NCBI GenBank assembly: GCA_050084985.1
Contig: JBITNC010000001.1
Coordinates: forward strand, 26,412,001 to 26,476,000
DNA length: 64,000 nucleotides
Reading direction: 5' to 3'
Source of the DNA: Nageia nagi
Lineage: Eukaryota; Plantae; Pinophyta
The notes under the pieces are model-generated. The model saw only the letters and a list, made by a program, of their open reading frames with translations. It had not been told where the DNA came from and searched no databases. A program made the translations under genes and the position numbers. Numbering within the stretch: position 1 is the stretch's first letter; each line of letters opens with the position of its first letter. Positions 1-11,888 of the stretch are shown in pieces.

Positions 1-689
1 AGAGTTAATCTCTTCCGGATTGGTTAAGGACTTTTCATCCAATTCAGCCAACCTTGCAAGCAAACAACTTCACGTTCAAAATGCTTCAAAGAGGAGCGGA
101 GAGGAACGCCAATTGTTGGTTCTCTACGAATAGGACCGATTCAATTGAATGGAAATGAAATGTCTCAAAGTGAATGGATCATGGTTTTCGATGAAGGACT
201 TAAAAAGATGTCATAAAAGTAGAAATTGACATAGAATACCCAATCAACTTGAATGCTAAGGACCAAGCAACAAACATAGGTAGGCTTCAAGCACTTTTTA
301 ATGTTTTTTAGAGATAACTTCCCTAAAGCCCAAGAGCGTTCAAAGGAATAAAATGAAAGCACAAAAACCCACTATGAGTGCCCTCAAAGAATCAATCCAT
401 AGTATCAATATGAAAAGTCTCAAACTCAAGTCTTTGCATTACTTACTTTGTATTTTCTTTGTAAAAGAGTTACATAAAAGTTTTCACAATTTTTCTCCTT
501 TTACAAAAAATTTGAACTTGTTCTCAAAATTTTCATTCCTTGAAAAAGTTCCAAACTTTCAATCTCCATAAAAGTGACCCCATGGGGTCTATTTATAGAA
601 TTTCTAGGGTTTCCAAGTGTTGCCCTAATTCTATAAAAAAAATATTACATAGTTGCTTGCTACGACTAAGTCAGCTGACTTTTGGTGCT

Positions 690-3600
690 CTACTTACCAG
701 GTTGACTGATCATGAGAGTAGGGTTAGTCGAGTTTTGGTGCTCAACTTTCCCGGCTGATTGATTTACAAAATTTTCAAAATTTTCGAAAGTGACGAAAAT
801 TATGGTGGTTGATTTACGGTTTGCACGTGATGCGATGGTGGCCTCAAAGTCCGTGCTCATGAAGATTTCTCTGTTCTTGACTCCGATGTTGAGGATCTCC
901 ATTGTCCCTTCATTTGCCAACAGATATGCGGTGATGGTCTTTGAAGTCTTCTTCATTTCGCTGCACCATATTGCCATATTGCTGCCATATTTGAGTTGTT
1001 TGCCAGATTTGAGGACATTAATATCTTCAGTTTCGAGGTAAGTGTTGATCATCAGCTGGACCTCATTTATTACTGTGGAATAGTCCCTGCTGCGTCCATC
1101 TTCCTCGATCAACCTTAGATCAAATTGGTATTCAGCTAGCTGTTTTTTCATGTTTTCTTTGAAATTTTTCCTAACTTGGATGAAATCCTGACACTTTGAA
1201 ACAACGTAGAACAACCAATCATACTGGTAAAAGAATTGATGACAATACTCCAGTATTATTGGCATGCTAACAACTTTCCTTCTTAGCTCATCAATTACTT
1301 GATAACTATTGCCCCACTTGGCAATCAGTTCACAGATCCTGTTTTGAGCGATGAACAATCCATTGTCTTCAATAAAGAAATTAGTTATTCCTTGTAATAA
1401 CTCTTGAATAACCTCTTTGGTCTCGTTAAACCACTCTTGTTTGACCGCTTGAATCCCGGTATTCAATGAGATCCGTTTCCTGATGTCTTCAACTGTTAGG
1501 TTAGCAGCTTGGATATCAATGATCAACTTTCTCTTTTCAGCCAATTCTCTTTTCAGCTCCTTGAGCTCCAGCTTTTGTGATGTGTTCTCCTCTGTCAGTG
1601 TTGCAACATTAGAAAGTATTGCATGTTGCGTTCCTAAAGTTCCGATTGCTTTGCATGGCTCTTCACGTGTTTCCACCACTAATACAAATTCTCCATCGGC
1701 ATTCCTTTTCCTTCCTGCTGCAACAGTATCTGTGATGATGGAATTATCCTTCATCGAGGTGTAAGTGGCTACATGCTCAAATTCATTCTCTGATTCCTGA
1801 TCGGTTTCAAGGTCGGCACTGGCCTCGGATGGATGATATGCTCTTATGTTTTTTAAGAGCTCCGCCATGTCGAAATTGTAACTCGGCCTAGGATTGGCAA
1901 CTATAGTCACTTATCTCTCTGGATTCCCTTGATGTTCTTCCTCTCTCCTTTTCTTCCTCTGATCTTCATCTTCATCTTCATCCTCTTCATTTCCTTTGTC
2001 CCCTCCTGATGAGGAAGCTATTCTTTTGGACGTCGGGGTCCTTCTTGAAGGAAGTGGTGGAGGTTTTCTCTGAGGTGGAGGTGTCTTCTTTGGTTGTCGA
2101 GGTGTGGAAGCCTGTGTAGACATAGGTCTTGTTGCTTGAACGGGTTCTTCCATGGTAGGAGGACTTATGGCCGGTATCTCTTCGACTGATGAATTTGATT
2201 CATTGCCTGAGATGTAAGGTATTTTTGATATCTGGCTATCTTCTAAGGGTTCTCTCAGGAGGTCTACTTCGTTAATCTCATATTCATCCTCGCTGTTTCT
2301 AGAAGGAGGAGAAGCAGGAGAACTAGGGCCAGAATAATATAATTGTCCATCTCGGGATGGACCTCCGGTAGGGACTTCCACCAACGTTTTCAAGCATTTG
2401 TATGGGTGCGAAGTGCTTCCCGTCTCTTTGGTGCTTCTTATCTCTTGCAATAATCCTTGTATGGTCTGATCAATAGTTTGCCCTGGTTGAACAATGAGTA
2501 TGGCATATTGACCAGACTGCCCCTATGTCAATCTCATTGAAGGTGAAATTGGTGGCGGTTCACACGGAATCGGGGGATTCTTTTTAAGGATTATCGAAGG
2601 ATGTATCCTAGCTATTGCATTCTCCTCTTGCCTACCTCTTTTCTTCTTCTTCTTGGTCACGGTCTGCTTGAGCTTCTCTTTTACTGCCAAGTCCCTGTTT
2701 ATCTTTCTGATTTGCTTGATGTCATGTATATTTTTGTACCTTTTGAGCTTTCCTAAGTACTTGTGAGGGTAATTGGTTTGCTAGGTTTTCTTGTAGAATG
2801 CATCGATTACACCTTTAGGATCATAGTACTCTACCGCATGTTCTACTATGATGCCGTAATATGCTAGCTCCATCTTCATTGTCTTGACGTGACGTCATGA
2901 TGTGCATTCGTACTCCCCTATGCGGATAGGTAATTTGCATGTAATGGCACCTTTCTTGCACTAGACTTTCTCGTGTAAGTACGACAAGTGTCTGCAAAAT
3001 TCCATTAGGATGAACCGATCACTTGTGTAACGAAGAAGTCTGTAAGGTGGCTCAATTGACTTGTAAACCCTGATATATGTGGCATTTGTTTCTTTGAGAT
3101 AAAAATCTGCATGTCCTCGAAGAACTTGGATTGCCACTTGTGATATCTTGGTCATATTGACGGTCCCCTTTACCTCTGCATATATACGACACTCGAATCC
3201 TTCATTCATCATTTTGAATTCGTCCCACCGGTTTTCCAATATGAATCTAGGGTACCTCCGCCATACTGGCATTTATGGGTCAAAGAGGTACTTGTTATCT
3301 GTTATGGCGGATTTTCTATTCTTGCCATGTAGAAGTAGGAATACCAAGTAAGAGCTCATGTAGAATCTCTTTGTTTCTACGATTCTGGACAACTGTTGAG
3401 CTAAGCAGTCGCTGATCACCTTACTCCATCTGATCCCTTTACCTCTGCTGATCTGATGTATGAAGCCCACGAACTCCTTTCTGAATCTTTGATCATTTTC
3501 TTGTCCCGTGATCTTGTACAATATACTGATAATGGTTGAGACTGTAGGATAGAAGTCTATCCGTCTGGGTTTATTTAAGGCCTTTGCCTTGTAATCTTTG

Positions 3601-4091
3601 CACTCGTCAAGTAGCCGGTCTCTTATCAAATTCCTTGGCTTGGTCAGGCTGTTATATAATCTGACAGACTCTTTCATGGAGAATATGATGCTTTCATTAC
3701 TCTATGCAAATGCGTTCTCTATTCCTTCCATTGTGAAATCTAGTATCTTTGTGCCTTCATTATTGAAGAGGACTCTCTCCTTTGTGTCGCAATATCTTGC
3801 TACTTCGAGGCACAGTTCTGGGAATGGAGTAGTAAAAGGGATCAAAGAAGCTTCTACGATCCTGCATTGAGCAAGTGTAATGTTGAATAGTCATTCGTGT
3901 GGGATCTTGGCCATCTTCTCTAATGACTTGACGGGGTCAGTGTTTGCTGAATCTGTGTCCCTGATTTGTCCAAGGCCATCTACTAGCATAGCTGTAGGGA
4001 AGAGAGCCTTCCCTCGTTTTTCCAGGGTGATCAGGCTAGTCTTCACGAGCTTCTCCATTAGGAGCTCTTTGTTTTTATTAGCAATGCTCAT
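690..4091 (-). pseudogene. Family A accessory ORF, ancestrally about 1,133 aa, unknown function
   Basis: Track ORFs 3891-4091, 3273-3677, 2961-3272, 1911-2450 and 690-1910 share one frame. My translation finds about 8 in-frame stops and no frameshift; a TAG near 3702 is TGG in copy A2. Globular N-half, acidic/Pro/Ser-rich linker, predicted coiled coil and helical C-terminus. Confidence 0.85.
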
Positions 4092-4949
4092 GGTTCAAAC
4101 CTGTGGAGTACAACAAGGTGTTAGGAGTGTTAATGGGTATCTTTGGAGTGATTTTGGAGCAAAAAAGAGAGTCAAATTTTTGGTTTTTTTAGAAGCGAAG
4201 TGTGGATTTTCGAGAATTTTGAAGTTCGTCGAAAGTGGGAAACAAGTACATGGGGTGTTGGCAAATAAATCTAGGAGGTTTGTGGCCAAGTCTCGGAGAA
4301 AAATTTCGAGTTTTTGGAGTTCGAAGTAACTCGCTGTTTTTTGAGCCCATGTATTCATTTTTTGACAGGTTTTTGCAGCTTCGAAGCTTGGAAAGATAGG
4401 GATGTAAAATGGGTTTTCAAGCTTCGTTTTTGGGAAGTGAATGATAGAGGTTGCTCTCCTATATGGGATCTATCACTTTGGTATTCACTTCGAAGTTTGG
4501 ATCAGTCAAAAATTTGGAGTTTTTTGGCCTTGAAAAAGTGTTTTTTTTGTGTTTTTTCACTTTTTTTCAAACAGCTTGAAAATGTCCAAAAGATAAGGGG
4601 TGTTTGAAATTTTGAAAATTTTTAAAAAGTGGATTTGACCTAATAGGTGGATAGAAGATGGAATTTTAAGATCCTTGAAATTTTTTGACAAGGTTTTGGC
4701 TTATTTTGGATCTTGTAAGCAATTTTGAAGTTTTTGAGCAATTTTGTGAGGTTTTGTGAGGATTTTGCTCAAAAATGGTTGCATGGAGGCTCAAGGAGAA
4801 TGTTTGTGGAGCAAATGAGAGGCTTATGGGGTATTTATAGGTTTTTTGTGCCTTTTGCGTGCTCCTTAGTGGGTTTTTGACCTAAAAAGTGCTCTAGTGG
4901 TGCATTTTGCATAGTTTTTAAGTTTTTAGAGCCTTTAAATACTCCATAG

Positions 4950-6600
4950 GATTGCAAACCTGCGCCTAGCTTTTTGAGGCACTTCCTTGGGTCAAAATGG
5001 AAAAATTCAAAGTTTAATGTGATTCAAATCACTTCCTTCACCCATCTATGTGCCCAAAATCGAATTTTGATGAGTTTTGGGGCTTTTCTTGCATCTAGGT
5101 GCCAATTTTCACTTTTTTGGGTTCTCCAATGGCTTGGAAACCTGGGCATGACTTTTTGGGGCATTTCTAGTGCTCAATTTCGAAAATTTGTAAGTTTAAA
5201 CATGCTTGGAATGCCCTTTTCCATACAACCATGTAAAAAAATTTGAATTTTTTGCAAAACTTTCACTCCTCCTCATGCTAGGCGCTGATTTTCACTTCAT
5301 TGGTTTTAGAAAAAATCAGCAAACCTGTGCCTACGATTTTGGGCCACTTCCCTTTCTCAAATTTGGAAATTTGCAAGTTTAAATGTGCTAGAAATCATGT
5401 TTTCCTTGCGATTGACCCTTGAAACTTGGATTTTGAGGCAATTTTTCAAAAACTCTTGTTCCTAAGCACTAGATTTCACTTAAACTGCGCCTGCCTTTTA
5501 AGTGCCTCAAAATTGCTTAAAATTTGGATTTTGCAAGTTTAAATGTGTTTATAATGATGTTTTTGACCCAATGGACCCTTCACACTTGTGTTTTGAGCAA
5601 AATTTGCAAAATATTTCCATCTTAGGTGCTAGATTTCACTCCATTGGAGTTCCAATGGCATGAAAACCTGCGCTTAGCCTTTAGGTGCCTTTCCATTGCT
5701 CAAAATTCGAATTTTGTAGTTCTAAATGTGCTCAAAATGGGGTTTTCTGTGCAATTGACACCTTGGGATCAAATTTTAGTGCATTTTTCACTTATCCCTC
5801 CAAGTTAGGCACCATTTTTCATCCCTATGGAATTAGAAACATTTGCAAACCTGCTCCTAGTCTTTGGAGGGTCAAAACTTGCTGATTTTCCAATTTTTCA
5901 AGACTTAAATGTGCTAGAAATCACATTTTACACCTTGTAGACCCCTCAAACTTGAATTTTGACCAAAATTTATCAAATTCTTTGATCCTAGGCGCCATTT
6001 TTCACCTCATTGGATTTCCATAGCTCTCAAAACTTGCGCCTAGTCTTTAGGGTGGTCAAATGTTCTCAAAATTGAAAATTTTGAGACCTAAATGTGTTTG
6101 TAATCATGTTTTCCTTTGTCCCAAGCACTTAAACTTGATTTTTGGTCAAATATGATTCTATCTTGTCAACCTAGGCGCCATTTTTCACTTCAATGGTTTT
6201 GGAAACATCTAGAAACTTGCACCTAGCATTTTGGGGGTCTTTACTTGCTCAAAACCAAAAATTTTGAGACCTTATGTGGCTTAGAACCATCTTTTCCACT
6301 CATTCATGCATTTAGATTTTATTTTTGATGTATTTCCACTTTTTATTTACTATCTAGGCACCAAAATGCATCTCTATGTTTTTCCCATAGGCTTGAAAAA
6401 CTACGCCTAGCCTCAGAGTTCCTTGGACTTGGTCAAAATCAAAAATTTCGAGTGTTAACTGTGATAGAATTCACCTTATCTCTCCTAATATGCTCTTAGA
6501 CTCGAATTCCGATACCATTTGTATTTATCTATAAGAAACATGCAACATTTTTCCCTCACTTGGATCTTCAACACCTTGGGAAAATGTGCCTAGGGCTAAG
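4950..6600. repeat. Degenerate tandem array of about 182 bp units in family A
   Basis: AAACCTGCGCCTAG-like motif near 4957, 5139, 5321, 5482, 5665, 5848, 6030, 6213 and 6398; the same array occurs at about 8845-10120 and 42200-43700. Confidence 0.75.
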
Positions 6601-7529
6601 GCTACTCAAACTTGCATTTTGGAACATTTTGGATTCAATCTCTGCATTTCCGGCCACTCTTGGCATTTCCGAGGTCAAACTCGACCAAAACACCCTTTCT
6701 GGTACCTCCAAGCTCAAACTCTGTATTTTTGATGATTTCCGAGTGCAAATGGTGCAAAAATGACCATTTCCGCCTTTCTAGGCTCAAAGTTGTCATTTTT
6801 TGTCATTTCCGGCATTTCCAGGCCCTTAGTGTGAGAAAATGACATTTTCTAGCATTTTTGGCATTTTTGAGCATTTCTGGCAGTTTTGGCTACTTTCGGT
6901 CATTTCCGAGCTTTCTGGATTCAAATCATGCAAAACACTGTTTTTTTACGATATTGACCATTTCTAGGCCCAAAAGTGACCAAAACGTGCTTTTCTACCT
7001 TGTCCTTTTCCAACTTTTCAGGGTCAACTTTGACAAAAACGTCCATTTTTGTCATCCTTGTCATCTTCAAGGCATCTGTACTCAAAAGTGATAAAAAACG
7101 CTCATTTTTGCTACTTAGGTACCTGTGCGCTCAAATTTTGCAAAAAACGTGCATTTCTGTGAGGCTAGGCACCTATGAGCTCAATTCTTTAAAAATGCTC
7201 TTTTTTTGTCAACTCTGCCAATCTTGTGCTCAAATGCTGTGAAAATGTGCCTTTTATGCTCTGTTGGTCGCTTGGTGAAAAACTCCCTGATCGCTGCCGT
7301 GATCCAAAACTGCATCCTGCTTAATGTTGCTTGAAACCGGACCATGAGGACACACTGAACTGACTTGGTGCCTTTGCGAGTATTTGTGTGTACTGCTTCA
7401 TCACTTGGCTGCTTTGACTCTTTTCTCTAACTGTCGTATAGTCACCTCTAGGCTATGTCGTCCATTGCCTTCAAAAAAAGTAGGGTCCCCAAAATGCTGC
7501 TTCTTGGGGTGTGTTGTGCATGCACAACA

Positions 7530-10500
7530 TTATCAAGTTCCCTGGCTTGGTCAAGTTGTTATAGAATCTGACGGACTCTTTCATGGCGAATATGATGCCC
7601 TCGTTACTCCATGCAAATGCGCTCTCTATTCTGTCCAAAGTAAAATCTGGTATTTTTGTGCCTTCAATGTCGAGGACTCTCTCCTTTGTCTCGCAGCATC
7701 TGGCTACCTCGAGGCACAATTCTGGGAATGGAGCAGTAAAAGGGATCAAAGAAGCTTCAACGATCTTGGATTGAGCAAGTGTATCGTTGAGCAGTCATTC
7801 GTGTGGGATCTTGGCTATCTTCTTTAATGATTTGATGGGGTCAGTATGCGCCCAATCAGTGTCTCTAATTTGCACAAGGCCATCTACTAGCACAACTGTA
7901 GGGAAGGCAGCCTTCCCTCTTTTTTCCAAGGTGATGACGCTAGTCTTTATGAGCTTCTCCATCTGGAGCTTTTTGTTTTTCATATCAATGCTCATGATTC
8001 AAACTTGTGGAGTAAGACAAGGTGTTAGGAGTGATACTTGGTATCTTTGGAGCAACTTTGGATCAAAAAAGAGGTAATCAAATTTTTGGCTTATTTTGGG
8101 TTTTTTTTTAGAAGCTAAGTGTGGAACTTTGAGAATTTTGAAGTTCGTCGGAACTGGGAAATGGATTTATGGGATGTTGGCAAATAAATCTAGGAGGCTT
8201 GTAACTATGTCTCAAAGAAAAATTTCGAGTTTTTGAGGTCCGAATTAACTTGCTGTTTTTTAGCCCATGTATTCATTTTTTGACAGGTTTTTGCAGCTTT
8301 GAAGCTTGGAAAGATAAGGATGCAAAGTGGGTTTTCAAGCTTCGTTTGGGGGAAGGGAATGATGGAGGTTGCTCTCCTATATGGGGTCTTATCACTTTGG
8401 AGTTTTTTGGCCTTGAAAATGTGTTTTTTGTGTTTTTTCACTTTTTTTCAAAAAGCTTGAAAATGGTGAAAATGGCCAAAAGATAGGGGGGTCCAAAATT
8501 TCGAAAATTTTTAAAAAGTGGATTTAACCTAATGGGTGGATAGAGGAAAGAATTCTAAGATTCTTGAAAATTTTTGACAAGGTTTTGGCTTATTTTGGAT
8601 CTTGTGAGCGAATTTGAAGTTTTTGAGCAATTTTGTGAGGTTTTGTGAGAATTTTGCTCAAAAATGGGTACATGGAGGCTCAAGGAGAGTGTTTGTGAAG
8701 CAAATGAGAGGCTTAAGGGGGTATTTATAGGTTTTTTGTGCCTTTTGCATGCTCCTTAGTGGGTTTTTGACCTAAAAAGTGCTCTAGGGGTGCATTTTGC
8801 ATAGTTTTTAAGTCCTTGGAGCCTTTAAACACTCCATAGGATTACAAACCTGCGCCTGACTTTTTGGGGCATTTCTAATGGCCAAATTCGAAAATTTGCT
8901 GACCTAAACATGCATAGAATGCCTTTTTCCATGCAACCATGTGAAAAAGTTTTATTTTTTTTGCAAAATTTTCACTCCTCTCATGCTAGGCGCTGATTTT
9001 CATTTCATTGGTTTTGGAAAAATTAGCAAACCTACGCCTAGGATTTTGGGCCACTTACCTTGCTCAAAATTCGAATGTTGCAAGTTTAAATGTGTCTAGA
9101 ATGGTTTTTTTGACCCAAGGGACCCTTCACACTTGAGTTTTGAGCAAAATTTGCAAAATATTTCCATCCTAGGAGCTAGATTTCACTTCATTGAATTTTC
9201 AATGGCATGAAAACCTGCGCCTAACCTTTGGGTGCCTTTCCATTGCTCCAAATTGGAATTTTGTAGTTCTAAATGTGCTCAAAATGGGGATTTCCACCTA
9301 ATGGACACTTTAGGATGAATTTTTGATGCATTTTTCACTTCTCTCTCCAAGTTTGGCACCATTTTTCATCCCTGTGGAATTAGAAACATTTGCAAACCTG
9401 CGCCTTTGGAGGGTTAAAACTTGCTCAAAATCGAATTTTTCAAGACCTAAATGTGTTAGAAACCACATTTTACACCCTATGGACCCCTCAAACTTGAGTT
9501 TTGACCAACTATTTTAGGTGCCATTTTTAATCCCATTGGATTTCCATAGCTCTCAAAACCTGCACCTAGACTTTAGGGTGCCCAAATGTGCTCAAAATCG
9601 AAAAATGAGACCTAAATGTGCTTACAATCATGTTTTCCTTGGTACCAAGCACTTAAACCTGATTTTTGGTCAAAGAACTTTCCATCTTGTCATTCTAGGT
9701 GCCATTTTTCATCCCATTGGAATTAGAAAAACTTGGAAACTTGCGCCTAGCATTCTGGGGGTCTGTACTTGCTCAAAATCAAAAATTTCAAGACCTGATG
9801 TGGCTTAGAACCATCTTTTCCACTCATTCATGCATTTAGATTTGATTTTGATGCATTTTCATTTTTTTCTCCACTTCCTAGGCACCAAAATGCACTTCTA
9901 TGGATTTCCCATATGCTTGAAAAACTACGCCTAGCCTTAGAGTTCCTTAGACTTGGTCAAAATCGAAAATTTCGAGTCTTGAACATGATAGAATTCACCT
10001 TATCTCTTCGAAGATGTTCTTAAACTCGAATTCCGATGCTATTTGTATTTATCTTTGAGAAACAAGCACCTTTTTCCCCTTACTTAGATCTTCAATTCCT
10101 TGGGAAAATGTGCCTGAGGCTAAGGCTTCTCAAACTTGCATTTTCAAACCATTATGGACTCAATCTTTGCATTTCCGGCCACTCCCGATGTTTTAGAGCA
10201 CAAACTCGATCAAAATGCCCTTTTCGGCACCTTCGAGCTCAAAATCTGCATTTTTGATGATTTTCGAGCTCAAAGGGTGCAAAAACGACCATTTCCGCCT
10301 TTTCGAGCTCAATGTTGTCATTTTTCGTCATTTCCGGCACTTCTGGGCTCAAAGTATTCAATCCTGCCCATTTTCGGCATTTTTGGGCCCTTATTGTGAA
10401 AAAAGACCTTTTCTGACATTTCTGATATTGTCAAGCATTTCTGGCCATTTTGGGGCTCAACCCATCACTTTCGGTCATTTTCAAGCTTTCCGGACTCAAA

Positions 10501-11097
10501 CCGTGCAAAATGCACCTTTTTTTACCATACTGACCATTTCCGGGACCAAAAGTGACCAAAATGCGCTTTTCTACCTCACTTGCCCTTTTCTAGCCTTCCG
10601 TGGTCAACTTTGACCAAAATGTCCATTTTTGTCAACTTTGTCATTTTCAAGGCACCCGGACTTTAAGCTGACAAAAAACGCTAATTTCTGTCACCTGGGT
10701 ACCTTAGCACTCAAATTCTGCAAAAACGCGTTTTTCTGTTGCGCTAGGCACCTATGAGCTCAATCTCTGTAAAAACGCCCCTTTTTTTGTTAGCTTGACA
10801 CTCTTGCACTGAAATGTTGTAAAACTCCCTTTTTCCTATCTATTGGCCGTTTTGTGGAAAACTCCCTTCTTGGTCGCTGCTTTGATCCAAAACTGTGGCT
10901 TGCTTGATTTCGTTTGAAACCGGGCCTTGAATGGCCTCTGGACACGTTGAACTGCCTTGGTGCCTCTGGGGTACCTGTGTGCATTGCTACATCACACAAT
11001 CGTCATCTAGTCATCTGTAGGCAATGTAGTCCATTGCCTTCAAAAAAGTAGGGTCCCCAAATTGCTGCATCTTGGGGTGTGTTGTGCGGGCACAACA
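7530..11097 (-). mobile_element. Family A copy A2 (5' part, ORF start at 7995, cut by A1)
   Basis: Collinear with 3623-7529; ORF pieces 7795-7995 and 7530-7749 match the A1 protein; ends in TGTTGTGCGGGCACAACA (11080-11097). Confidence 0.85.
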
Positions 11098-11780
11098 GAG
11101 TGTGTATCCACGTATATTATTGAAATAATGGAATGGATTACTGTAAATCTGGGACACTACATGTCTTATGTTTTCCGTTGATGAGCTAAAGTTAGAACAT
11201 CATTTGTAGTGCAGCCATTGTCAGACATGGGTTACTGAACAATCTATTGTAATGAATGCTAAAAGAGAAAGCTATCGTGAAAATGTATTTGGATGTATGA
11301 AAGAAGGCGGAGTAAGGGGTTAATCAGCATTATAATTAACCAATTCCAATCATTTTCTCAGTATCTTCCACAGTAAATTTATGCTAGTAATTATCTGAAG
11401 TCACTCAACTACGTACGGTATATATGCCAATTGCATTAACTTCCATGTCACATTCTTCAAAAATATGTTTTCATTTAGAGAATATTGAATGTGTTTGCTT
11501 GTAAGACCTTTTTAATATCTAATACCACTGCATTAGTTCTTTCTTGAAATGTGCCTGTATACCATTAGGATATTGCTTATATCATCAACTACATGCTGAA
11601 TCAATTTGCTGCATGGCATATGATCAATTATTCTGGCTAATATTTGCAGAAAATATTTACAGGATTATGTGAGTGTTTGATATCCATATCTCAATTTCTG
11701 AGTTTCACAAATGGAATATTATTTTTCTGGTCTTTTTAACCACAGTTATAGTTATTTACAACTCTGAATAATGTGTGCAG

Positions 11781-11888
11781 GTATGGGCTGTCATGGGAGG
11801 TGGTGGAGATATTGCTGGCCGTTTTTCAGAACTCGTGCCTGATATGGCTCTTGATTTTCCTTTTGAGTTGGATAAATTTCAGAAAGAG
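11781..11888 (+). CDS. SKI2: SKI2 exon (VWAVMGGGG...[10 protein letters not shown])
   Basis: tgcag|GTATGG acceptor and GAG|gtattg donor; 108 nt, phase 0/0; Q-motif region. Confidence 0.9.

Larger units (their letters stand above)
1..7529 (-). mobile_element. Family A giant LTR-like element, copy A1 (ORF-bearing; far end outside window)
   Basis: Ends in the palindrome TGTTGTGCATGCACAACA (7512-7529). Bases 1-600 and 4600-7529 are homologous to the TSD-flanked copy 40784-45664. It abuts, and is probably inserted in, copy A2. Confidence 0.85.

Noticed and set aside
4974-7242. Many short Phe/Leu/Lys-rich ORFs (also at 9323-10613 and 43052-44687)
   Set aside because: They arise from AT-rich repeat arrays of family A; frames are not conserved between copies
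7512-7529. Helitron 3' hairpin or tyrosine-recombinase element interpretation of the terminal palindrome
   Set aside because: No CTRR end after the hairpin, no Rep/helicase or recombinase motifs, and complete copies have TG..CA ends with 5-bp TSDs
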